Shown here in pieces: positions 31,901-41,200 of a stretch of DNA of 64,000 nucleotides. This DNA is from Candidatus Latescibacterota bacterium (lineage in GTDB: Bacteria; Latescibacterota; UBA2968; SICM01). Below the pieces are notes generated by a model, which was not told where the DNA came from, made no database searches, and saw only the letters and a list, made by a program, of their open reading frames with translations. Positions within the stretch are counted from its first letter, which is position 1; each line of letters begins with the position of its first letter. The position numbers were made by a program, and so were the translations under genes. Where the stretch lies: assembly GCA_965217865.1 (NCBI GenBank), contig CBDCJO010000002.1, positions 2,112,001 through 2,176,000 of the forward strand, given 5' to 3'.

Positions 31901-32247
31901 TTACACGACTTTGAGCACGTTTTCCGGCGGTCTCCCGATTGCTACACGATCCCCGTGTACCACGATCGGACGCTCTATCAGGATCGGATTCTTAACCATC
32001 AGCTGAATCAATTCCTCCCGGCTCCGCTGTTTCCCCTCGACCTCCAGGGATCTGTAGGCCTCCTCTTTTTTCCGCATCAGGTCTCTCGGCTCCATTCCAA
32101 GCAGATCCAGGATTCGCTCGATTTTCCTGCGGCCGGGGGGCGTCTCCAGGTAGGGTATGACATCCGGTTCGCCCCCCCCTTCAAGAGGTTTAAGGCCTCG
32201 CGGCTTTTGCTGCATGCGGGATTGTGGTAAATAATGATCTGATCCAT
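31901..32247 (-). pseudogene. arsC: Arsenate reductase (glutaredoxin-type ArsC), frameshifted at a G8 tract
   Basis: MDQIIIYHNPACSKSR in one frame; YLETPP...MRK...ILIERPIV...IGRPPENV in another. The switch falls at G8 (C8 at 32172-32179 on +). Confidence 0.8.
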
Positions 32248-32254
32248 TCCAATC

Positions 32255-32491
32255 TCATGCGGATTTCCCGTCGATGGCCTTCTTAACCTCGGCATACTCG
32301 GGGAAGCGCCCATGTTCCTTTTTTGAAAAGACCAGATTCCCGTCCACCGTTACTTCAAACACCCCACCGCCGGCGGGAATCAGCGCCATCGACTGAACCT
32401 GCTTCTTGAAATCCTTCAGCAACTTCTCCGTCAAACTGACGGCTTGAGGTTCGTAGTTTCAGTCTGCACAATAGGTTAGCTCAATCTTCAT
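32255..32491 (-). CDS. Rdx/SelW(SelT/SelH)-family selenoprotein, 78 aa, CxxU
   Basis: Manual translation MKIELTYCADUNYEPQAVSL...GGGVFEVTVDGNLVFSKKEHGRFPE...; UGA at 32459-32461; AGGAGG RBS. Absent from the ORF track. Confidence 0.9.
32428..32442 (-). promoter_or_regulatory. Bacterial SECIS-like hairpin
   Basis: CCGTCA-GTT-TGACGG begins 16 nt after the UGA and has a G at the start of the apical loop. Confidence 0.75.
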
Positions 32492-32640
32492 CGTTTGCCT
32501 CCTGACTGATAAACCCCGGGTTTTTCGGCTCCGCTTTTTCATCGCACGGACTGAATATTTCTCGAAACCTGCCGATAATCATGAATGTAACCGTTGGTGT
32601 TGAAACCCCGGCTAAACGGCCATATTCGCGGGAGCCGAAG

Positions 32641-32937
32641 ATGGACTTAAATTGGATTTTTTATGCGGTCGTCATGTTCATCGCAGGGGGGACCTGCTTC
32701 TTCACAGCCATCGCCGCCCTCGTCAAACTTGATCAGGTCGAACCCCAGATGGCTACAGACCCTCTGATCACCCAGGAAGCCCCTTCCGGAACCAGGCCCG
32801 AAACTGACGAGACTGGGTCGACCGGTCCAGGAAATTCGTCTCGTCTGACCAGCCTTTCTTTTGAAATCGACAAATATACACGAAGCCCCTTTCGTTCTCC
32901 AACCAAAGGGGCTTTGAATTTTTCACTCGACTCTTGA
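32641..32937 (+). CDS. Small single-TM hypothetical protein
   Basis: GGGAG RBS, N-terminal TM helix, low-complexity tail. Confidence 0.5.
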   Translation: MDLNWIFYAVVMFIAGGTCFFTAIAALVKLDQVEPQMATDPLITQEAPSGTRPETDETGSTGPGNSSRLTSLSFEIDKYTRSPFRSPTKGALNFSLDS

Positions 32938-32974
32938 GTCCGCCGTTGGATGTTTCCTCTTGCGTTTCTCCCGA

Positions 32975-33769
32975 TTATTCCTTCAGATACCTGAAAAATT
33001 CCTGGATATATGACTTGGCGTTGTTGAGCTCTTCGGAGATGGAATTAACCTTTTGATCATCCAATCCCAGGACCTCCTCCACCATATCGCTGGGCTCTGG
33101 GATTTCAAGTTCATGATTCAGCCCGATATCGTTCTTTTTCGTGAGAATATTCGCAAGATGTACCATAAGCGCGAAATTGAGGTTTTCACCCTCCCCCCCG
33201 ACAAGGTTGTGGTGGTATGTGATCGGAACGATCAGGGCATCCGGGAATATCCACCGCGTCGATCGCCATCCTCCGACTTCTGCGTGGTCGATATTGAGCA
33301 CGTCGGTTTCCACGTCCACTGCAGATCGGCCCTCATCGATCATCTCCTCCATGACATCCTGATACTGGTCGTTGAAGTGGGTGTCGAGTATGACCTTTGC
33401 CGATGTCGTGAAGGAGTCCCGCCACAAACGGCGTTCCCACATCCTTGAAACCCTGGGATTTGGCCACAAGCCTGGCCCCTTCCGCACAACCAATCGAGTG
33501 CATCCAGAACTGCTCCCGGTCAAAACTGACCTTTCCCACTTTCTGCTGGAGGGACCCAAAAACCGAGACACCCAGCGCCAGACTCTTGACCGTGTCAAAC
33601 CCGAGCACGACCACCGCCTGTGGAATGGTCGCGATACGCCTCGAGAATCCGTAGAAAGCCGAGTTGGCCAGATTCAACACCTTGGCTGAAACAGATTGGT
33701 CGTGTGCGATGATATCCGCCAATTATTTTTTATATTCCGTATGGCTAACCGAACGTCTTCACGATCCAT
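32975..33769 (-). pseudogene. HDOD-domain protein, degraded
   Basis: Motifs DQSVSAKVLNLANSAFYG, FWMHS, AGLLHDIGK, HAEVG and HH lie in three frame segments. There is an apparent deletion of the LPxLP helix after IRNIKN and an extra A at GGC-AAA-GGT. Confidence 0.8.
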
Positions 33770-33895
33770 CTTGTCTCCTCACGATCGACTTGACTGGACC
33801 AAGAAGCCCCTCACCCGGCTCGATACGAGATCCAAAAAGATGAAGGCTGAATCGATCAGATCCAGCATCCATCCTCCCGACTTTAATGCGATATC

Positions 33896-33971
<76 letters not shown>

Positions 33972-33988
33972 GCTAAAATTTTCGGTTA

Positions 33989-34017
33989 AAGATACATCTA
34001 TGTTTAGAGTCTGTCAA
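33989..34017 (-). promoter_or_regulatory. Sigma70-type promoter for tRNA-Lys
   Basis: TTGACA-17 bp-TATCTT just upstream of the tRNA. Confidence 0.7.
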
Positions 34018-34088
34018 GGTCTTCTTCGGTCCAAAAACCGCTCGGATATTTTTCATTTTACATTTTACATTTTACATTTCCCGCCTCC

Positions 34089-34619
34089 CTATCCGCCGAC
34101 TTTCTTCCTCTTGGCCTTTTCCCCCCCTTTCCCTTTCTCCCCCTCTCTTTCGTACTGACCGCTTCGACCCCCCGCTTTTTTCATCAGCCGGATGTTGGAG
34201 ATCACCATGCCTCGATCGAGGGCCTTGCACATATCGTAAATCGTCAACAACGCCACCGATGTAGCGGCCAGGGCCTCCATCTCCACGCCCGTGCGATCGG
34301 TTGTCGAAACCCGGGTCTCGGCGTGTATCCTGTCCCGGTCCACTTTGAACGATAACTCAATGCCCGTGATCCGAAGTGGATGGCAGAGGGGGATGATGTT
34401 CCCAGTCGACTTCGCGGCCATGACGCCGGCAATTCGCGCTGCTTCAAACACGTTCCCCTTCGGGACCAGGCCCTCGGCCACGGTCTCGATCGTTTTTGGC
34501 ATTGCGACGATTTCACCCTTGGCCACGGCCGTGCGATAGGTGGGGGGTTTGGCCGTTACATCGACCATGCGGAGGGTGCCATCCCGAGAGAGGTGTGTCA
34601 GTTGGCGAGAAGCTCCCAT
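34089..34619 (-). CDS. moaC: Cyclic pyranopterin monophosphate synthase
   Basis: LTH...MVDV, IPLCHP, TGVEMEAL, YDMCKA, KAGGRSG. Confidence 0.95.
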   Translation of the reverse strand: MGASRQLTHLSRDGTLRMVDVTAKPPTYRTAVAKGEIVAMPKTIETVAEGLVPKGNVFEAARIAGVMAAKSTGNIIPLCHPLRITGIELSFKVDRDRIHAETRVSTTDRTGVEMEALAATSVALLTIYDMCKALDRGMVISNIRLMKKAGGRSGQYEREGEKGKGGEKAKRKKVGG

Positions 34620-35524
34620 AGGAGGGCCTTCTGGGCGTGGAGACGGTTTTCCGCCTGCTTGAAGACGATCGAACGCGGTCCGTTCACGACCCCTTCCGTG
34701 ATCTCATAGCCTTTGTGCGCGGGAAGGCAATGCATGATCAGGGCCCGGCTGTTGCAGGCAAGGAGCTCTTCATTGATTTGATACGGCGACATGATGTCGA
34801 TTCGTCGCGCCTTCTCCTCGGCGTACTTTGAGTCTGAGAAGTATTCCATGTCCAGCCACGTGTCCGTGTAAATAAAGTCAACCTCCTTAACAGCCGAGCG
34901 CACATCGAGAGTGGTCTTATAGAAGCCCGTTTTGCGAGCGCTTTCCAGGAGTTCTTCGTCCTCTGACGGGGTGTTTCCTTCGGGAGCCACCACCGTGATC
35001 TCCATCGCCAGCTTGGTGCAGCCTACAATCAGAGAGTTGCAGACATTGTTGTGAACGCCGATATAAACGATCTTGCTGCCCTCAAGTCGGTCGGTGTGTT
35101 CTCGGATCGTCAGGAGATCCCCGAGGATCTGACACGGGTGGTAGATTTCGCAGCACCCGTTGATCACCGGAACTTTTGAGCCCTTCGCGATCTTCAGGAG
35201 ATCCGAATGTCGAAGCATCCGTGCGACGATACAATCGACATAGTGGGATAAGACCCGGGCTTCGTCTTCCAGGTCGGAGAGGGCGAAATTGGTCGTGTTC
35301 CAGTCCATGTAGATTGTGTTCCCCCCCATCTGTGCCATTCCCACCTCGAACGACGCCCTCGTTCGGGTTGAGGTTTTCTGGAAAAGGAGACACAGGTTTA
35401 GGCCTTCGAGGGTGCTTCCGAAATATCCGGGGCGATCCTTCATGTCCACGGCTCGGCGGATGATATCCTGGATCTTGTCCGATGACCAATCCTTAAGATT
35501 CAGCATGTGTCTTGATTTCGTCAT
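34598..35524 (-). CDS. argF: Ornithine carbamoyltransferase (transcarbamylase family)
   Basis: STRTR, HPCQ, HCLP, QAENR; the SMG loop reads DTWLDME. Confidence 0.85.
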   Translation of the reverse strand: MTKSRHMLNLKDWSSDKIQDIIRRAVDMKDRPGYFGSTLEGLNLCLLFQKTSTRTRASFEVGMAQMGGNTIYMDWNTTNFALSDLEDEARVLSHYVDCIVARMLRHSDLLKIAKGSKVPVINGCCEIYHPCQILGDLLTIREHTDRLEGSKIVYIGVHNNVCNSLIVGCTKLAMEITVVAPEGNTPSEDEELLESARKTGFYKTTLDVRSAVKEVDFIYTDTWLDMEYFSDSKYAEEKARRIDIMSPYQINEELLACNSRALIMHCLPAHKGYEITEGVVNGPRSIVFKQAENRLHAQKALLWELLAN

Positions 35525-35528
35525 GGAT

Positions 35529-36491
35529 TCATCCGGGTATGACGAGTCGCTTCCGTATGGCTTTGAGGAGGGCCCTTTTGACGCACGACGTCTCGCCTTC
35601 GATGCTACAGCCGGAGGCGTTCGGATGACCTCCGCCTTTGAAATCTTTTGCCAATTCGTTTACGTTGAAGCTCCCGCGTGATCGAAGGCTGACCCGAAAC
35701 TTTCTCGGGCCCTGTTCTTTCAAAAACGCCGCCAACTCGACCCCGGAGATGGAGATGGCCGTATCAACGATCCCGTCCAGATCGACTGAGTTTCGAACAG
35801 CCCGGTAGGGCAAACTCAGGATAGCAGCACGGCCTTTGAAATGAAGCTCAAGAGTGGAAAGCGCCTCTCCCAGTACCTTGACCGACCGAAAACTCCGTTG
35901 AGCGTAAACCGCATCCGCGATCCCCACCGGATCGGCGCCCATATCGACCAGGGATGACGCGGAAGAGAAAGCGCGATAACGGTTGGAATATCGGAAACAG
36001 CCCGTATCGAACAGGATACCCGTGTAGAGCTGAGCGGCCATTTCCTGCTCGATATGGATCCTGAGGGCGTTTGCGAGGAAAAGCACCAGCTCCGCTGTTG
36101 AAGAGGCGGTCTCATCGACCAGGTTCACGGACCCAAAGCGGAGGTTGCTCGTGTGATGATCGACGTTCAGAATTCTCGCCCTCTTATCGATCAGCTTTCG
36201 GACCTCGCCGATTCTGTCCAATCCCGGAGAATCCGCGACCAGAACGTGGGAGGATCGATGTTCGTGCATTGAACGGGAGTAAGGTTCGATCCGATCGAAT
36301 CCGGGCAAAAAACGATACTTGACGTCAGCCTCACGGTCGTGGATCACGAGGCGAGGGGTTTTTCCCATCTGCTCGACGATCCCGGCGAGGGCCAGGATTG
36401 AACCGATCCCATCCCCATCCGCCTGCACGTGGGTGGTGATGAGATATTCTTCACCTTCTTTGAAAAACCGCTTGGCATGCCGAAAGTCCAT
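35529..36491 (-). CDS. nrnA: DHH/DHHA1 phosphoesterase (NrnA-like)
   Basis: HxxxDGDGIGS, DHH, DTGxF, SLRS, GGGHPNASG. Confidence 0.88.
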   Translation of the reverse strand: MDFRHAKRFFKEGEEYLITTHVQADGDGIGSILALAGIVEQMGKTPRLVIHDREADVKYRFLPGFDRIEPYSRSMHEHRSSHVLVADSPGLDRIGEVRKLIDKRARILNVDHHTSNLRFGSVNLVDETASSTAELVLFLANALRIHIEQEMAAQLYTGILFDTGCFRYSNRYRAFSSASSLVDMGADPVGIADAVYAQRSFRSVKVLGEALSTLELHFKGRAAILSLPYRAVRNSVDLDGIVDTAISISGVELAAFLKEQGPRKFRVSLRSRGSFNVNELAKDFKGGGHPNASGCSIEGETSCVKRALLKAIRKRLVIPG

Positions 36492-36551
36492 AGACTGTTT
36501 TTTGCCGCTTGATCATCCCGGCGTTGAGGGCTGCGAATAGCTTGTGTCCTG

Positions 36552-36593
36552 AAATAAAGAACCGCCGAGATCAGGTAGTCACCTCGGCGGTTC
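36552..36593 (-). terminator. Rho-independent terminator of the surface-protein operon
   Basis: 11-bp stem GAACCGCCGAG/CTCGGCGGTTC followed by TTTATTT on the minus strand. Confidence 0.75.
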
Positions 36594-36620
36594 CTGTTAC
36601 GATCTATACCACTGATCGGG

Positions 36621-38141
36621 TCACTTCAACAGCATCATCTTCTGGACGTTCTTGAAGTTTCCGGCCGTGATGTGGGCGAAGTAGACGCCACTCGCCACAC
36701 GGCGGCCTGAATTATCCCTCGCGTCCCACTGGATGCTGTAACGCCCGGCGGCTGTCTCCGAGCTACGGGCGAGAGATCGAATCTCCTGTCCGATGGCATC
36801 GTAGACGACGATCGATACCTTTGCAGCCTCTGGAAGGCTGTAAGCGATCGTGGTGGCCGGGTTGAAGGGGTTCGGGTAGACCATCGTGCTGAATTCTGAG
36901 GGAAGATCGACAAACCGACCGCCCAGCAGGACTTCAGCAACACCCGATCGGGTCACGGTCCCATCCAGATCCACCTGTTCCAGAACATAGTAGACTTTCC
37001 CAACGTCCTCGGGCAGGTTTGCATCCGAAAATCCGTAGTCGAGCGCTTCGTTCGAAGTGCCCGCTCCTGGGACGATGTCCCCCACCGGCTCGAAGTTTTC
37101 GTTATCCGTGCTGCGCAGCACGCGCCAGCCGGCGTTGTTTGTCTGTGAAACCGCGGTCCAGTTCAACTGGACGTTTCCTTCCTTCAACTCACCGGCAAAC
37201 GCCGAGAGCTCCGCAGGAAACGCCACGTCGAAGATCACTCGGGCGGTGTCCACGGTGCCTCCGGCACCGATGATGATCGTCGCGGTCCCCGAACCGATCT
37301 CGTTGCCGCCCAGGGTAATCGTCGACGTTCCATCCGCCAGTGTGATCGTGCTGAATGTAACCTCTGTGGCCCCTAGGACCAACGGCAGGCTTGGCAGGGT
37401 GGTAACCGGGTCCCCCGTGATGTCATCGATCGTCACACCGATGGCCCCGGTCAGGGCCGCGGAAACGGTCCAGGTGATCGTGTCGCCCGCGGCACCGGTA
37501 AGACTGGCCGAAAGCGTCGTGGCACCGTGGGACGAGACATCCTGCGTCGGAGCACCATCGATCATCGCCTCAGGCGCCGGTGGATTGATCACAAAGATCT
37601 TTGCGGATCGATCCGAATTGATGAATACCGTGTCGATCTCCGATCCGGCCCGCAGCGCAACCCAGACGACAGCAATCCCGCCCGTCGTAAACCCGGCCTT
37701 TGTGGTGAACGTAAAGGTGGCTATACCATCGTCCCCATCGACCGGCGGAAACAAGAAAATGACATTCCCTATCAATGCCCGGGTATCGAAACCTTCAACA
37801 TCCGTGTTCGCTTCCGTTATGGCGGGCAGTGTCGTGGCGTTCGTCAGGTTGTTCACAGCCGTGGGGTTGTCAAAATCGGCCGTGTTGAACCACGCACCCG
37901 CCGTGTATCCCGTCGCGCCGCTCAGACCGGTCGCGCTGATGGCCAGGGTGATCGTCTCCTCCTCACCCATCATCTCCTCCTCACCCATCATCTCCTCCTC
38001 ACCCATCATCTCCCCCGCCTTGCTTACGACCGCGGAGATCGCCGCGTTGGCGTTTGGACCCGCGTAGGCCATGCCCACCCACGTCAGTGCCAATGCTGCG
38101 GCCAGAACGAGGGCGGGTATTACTCTTGTGAACTTTGGCAT
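36621..38141 (-). CDS. Secreted surface protein with C-terminal FlgD-Ig / T9SS-CTD-like domain
   Basis: Signal peptide ending AYA, Thr/Ala/Gly-rich beta domains, PAELSAF...WxxxSQTNNAGW module, YPNPFNP...WDARD...SGVYF...KMMLLK. Confidence 0.85.
   Translation of the reverse strand: MPKFTRVIPALVLAAALALTWVGMAYAGPNANAAISAVVSKAGEMMGEEEMMGEEEMMGEEETITLAISATGLSGATGYTAGAWFNTADFDNPTAVNNLTNATTLPAITEANTDVEGFDTRALIGNVIFLFPPVDGDDGIATFTFTTKAGFTTGGIAVVWVALRAGSEIDTVFINSDRSAKIFVINPPAPEAMIDGAPTQDVSSHGATTLSASLTGAAGDTITWTVSAALTGAIGVTIDDITGDPVTTLPSLPLVLGATEVTFSTITLADGTSTITLGGNEIGSGTATIIIGAGGTVDTARVIFDVAFPAELSAFAGELKEGNVQLNWTAVSQTNNAGWRVLRSTDNENFEPVGDIVPGAGTSNEALDYGFSDANLPEDVGKVYYVLEQVDLDGTVTRSGVAEVLLGGRFVDLPSEFSTMVYPNPFNPATTIAYSLPEAAKVSIVVYDAIGQEIRSLARSSETAAGRYSIQWDARDNSGRRVASGVYFAHITAGNFKNVQKMMLLK
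37956..38009. repeat. Perfect 18-bp tandem repeat x3 encoding MMGEEE
   Basis: (CTCCTCCTCACCCATCAT)3 on the + strand. Confidence 0.95.
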
Positions 38142-38235
38142 CGCATCCCCTCCTCAAATGCCGGGACTGGAATATGGGAAAGCCTCGACCTTTTCGGGCC
38201 AAGGCTCCCATACTCCGAAATTCAGGCAGGCTAGG

Positions 38236-41200
38236 CTACTTGAGCAGCATCAGCTTCTTGACGGCCCGGAACTTGTCAGCCCTGAGGCTGTAGAAGTAGA
38301 TCCCGCTCGATACCGTCAGGCCGCGATCGTCTCTTCCATCCCACCGGATCGAATACCGACCCGCTGCCTGATTCTCGTCGACCAGTGTCCGTACAACCTG
38401 GCCCACCATGTTGTAAATCCTCAGTTCGACCTGTCCGCTCTCAGCCAGATCGAACTTGATGGTGGTCTCGGGGTTGAACGGGTTGGGATAGTTCTGCCTG
38501 AGAGCGAATTCAGTCGGAGTAGTCTGAATTTCAAGGACGTCCAGAGTCAGCACCGGGTTGAGGAGCCGGTCCCCGTCGACCAGGATGCCGTTGTCGATCT
38601 CAAACCGAACGGCATCCTCGAATTCGCCCTTCACGTTGAACACGAACTGCGCAACGGTCCCGGAACCGGCCACCGATCCCTCACCGGAGATCGCATTGGC
38701 CACCTGGACCTTGCCGGGCCCGGTCACCTCCAGGAACACCGGGGTGACCCCGCCCTGAGTCAGCAGGTTGTCGTCTCCCGGCGTGACCTCCACCAGTTCG
38801 AACTTCTGCGCGTCGTAGGTCAGCGTGAACCCGTAACCTTTCAGATCCACGGCGTCGGAGACGGTCACGTCCACCTGAACCGGCTGGCCGGGAAGCACCC
38901 GGGCCGAGGCCAGTTTCAGTTCGAGACCGGTTTCCCGGTTCGCCCCGAAGGCCGGCATCTGAACCGCGATCTTCCCCGCAGACTCGGTCGACGGCGCTTC
39001 GGCCTCCAGCCCGAAGGAGACCGAGAAGGCGAAGAAGTCGTCCAAGTCGACTTTCCCGTCGTCGTTCGTGTCCGCCTGCGGGTTCAAGACCGGATTGCCT
39101 GCGGCATCGTCCTGTCCGAAGTTGTACGAAAACTCGAAGAAGTCGTCCAAGTCCGCCACGAGGTTGAAGTGAGGATCACCCTCCGCGAGCATCAGAAAGA
39201 CCGGTGTGCTGGTTGCCGTAAAATACTGGATCCGGCGCCTCTCGAAGCTCACCAACACCGGCTGCCCCAAGGTGGTATTGTCCAGATCCGTCGCGTCGAT
39301 CCGATACACGAACTCGTCGCCGAACTCTTCCGGGACCACCTCAGAGAAGGACCCGCTGCCCGCCGACAGGCTCGCGACCACTTCGAGATTCTCATCATCC
39401 GGGCCACGGAGGATTTCGTAGGTCCGCACGCCCGGGATCGGGGTGATGTAGCCCCGATACGGAGTCAGGCCGACGATCCTGTCATCCACGGAGACCTCCC
39501 AGGTCAGGGTGACCTCGCGGTCATCCGTGGTGGCCTCCTCGCCGCTTACCGCGGCCGGCGGAAGATCATCGGTCCCTGCTGCCAGTCCGGCAGCAACGGT
39601 GGCGGCCGAAGCCCGGACCTGGGCGACCTGCGCCCGGATCCCCTCGGGCAGCCGCATCGCTGTCTTTCTCAGGCCATCCAGATCGAGCACGCCGAGGAGC
39701 AGGTCCTTCCGGTCGCCCAGGATGGACGTTCTGTATTCATAGGAGGGTCCGAAGATATTCAGGACCTCCTCGGCCGGCATCACCGAACGGATGCCCAGAA
39801 GCGCCAGCGTCTGCTTCACGCTCTCTGCGCTGTAGACCACCTTGGCGAGGCTCAAAGTCGCATCGGAGGGCTTGCCGCCCATCTCGGCGGTGATCGCCCA
39901 CCGCGTCTGCTGGTTGTCGAGCGTCGGGATGACCGCCCGGCTGACCGCCTGTGCGGCCGCGATCGGCGGGACAGCGTCCACCTTGGCCCACGGGACCCAC
40001 TCGCCTGCCGAGGCTGTTAACTCGGTCAGCGCGCCGGAGTCGTCGAGGCCATGGTTGACCTGGATGAACCGCCAGATCCGGTAAGCCGAAAGCCGTCCGT
40101 GCTGCGTCGTGTTCGGCCACGTGGCCAGGACGAACCCTCCCTGGTCTCCCATGCCGTCCGCCCCCATGTAGTTCTCGACCACGAGGGTGTCCGGCTTCAA
40201 CACGGTCGGATCACCCGGGAGTTGTGGACCGACCGGCCCCCCGGTGATCCGGACATAGAGTGTGCCGATGGCCTGGGCCTGAGCCGAGGTTCCATCCATG
40301 AATTGATCCAGGTTTGTCGTCACGGCGGTGATCAGGACTTCATCGTTCACGTTCGGGGCCTGGAACGAGAATTCGGTCCAGCCAGCCGAGCCGATCGTCT
40401 GCGGTCCCTGGGGCACGCCCAGTCCCTCGTAGTTCGAACTGAACTCCAGGTAGATGACCTCTAGGGCGTTCCCGCCGCTGGAGTCGGTGTAGATCAAATC
40501 GGCCTGCTTCAAGCTCGGGTTGCCGAACTTGTCCTGCGGCTGGACATGGACCAGGAAGGCGCGGCCCGCCTGCTCGTCGGTCGTATCCAGCGACGAGGCC
40601 ATCAGCCGGTACTTCGTCATCTGACCGGCTTCGTAAACCAGACCCGCGCTTTTGCCGGAGCTATGGACCGCGCTGACCGTGTCCATCACGTTCACGAAAA
40701 TCCGGTCCTGTACGACCATGTTGGATACGGTGATACTGCGTGAGCCCAGGATCCACTGGGGGCCCAGCGTGGCCCGCCTCCGGCCCCCTTCAATCAGGGC
40801 GGGCTGCTCGGTCACGCCCATGCCGGAGATGTGCACCCCGCTCAGGTCAGCCGTCTCGTCAGACGACCAGACGGTCACCAGGACGCCATTCGGATTATAG
40901 TCCGGAGAGTTGGCCTTCAGGACCGTGTCCCATCCGGTCACTTGCAGAGTGACGCCCGATCCATCGCCCACGACAACCGTGTCGTTTGACGTCACCTCCA
41001 CGCGGATCGAGTCCGGCTGGGCGGCCTGGAAGCCCACGTCGTAGAACAGCGTGTCCGGGGGTTCGGTGACGGTCCAGTTGTAGGCCCGGTCCCGTCCGAA
41101 GAGCTGAAGCGCGTAGAAAGTCTTATCATCCAGGGAGTCCACATCGATATCAACCTTCTGAGTAACGGTCGTGGAGGTCAAGTCGATGTTGGGGTTGCCT

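Noticed and set aside
33779-33872. 29-aa ORF between tRNA-Lys and the HDOD pseudogene; possible integration at the tRNA
   Set aside because: Too short to support, and no integrase or duplicated tRNA 3' end was found.
34050-34080. (CATTTTA)3 heptamer run, and a similar run near 6795-6820
   Set aside because: Short low-complexity repeats with no spacers or associated gene; not CRISPR, and no function can be supported.
39031-39153. Exact 18-bp direct repeat GAAGAAGTCGTCCAAGTC, 105 bp apart
   Set aside because: Explained by the duplicated DLDDFF motif of the dockerin-like domain; not a CRISPR or DGR repeat, and no reverse transcriptase is in the window.
38071-40020. 649-aa + strand ORF, and similar long antisense ORFs (37057-38067, 15077-16015, 6669-7844)
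   Set aside because: Shadows of well-supported genes on the opposite strand, expected with high GC3; no recognisable motifs.
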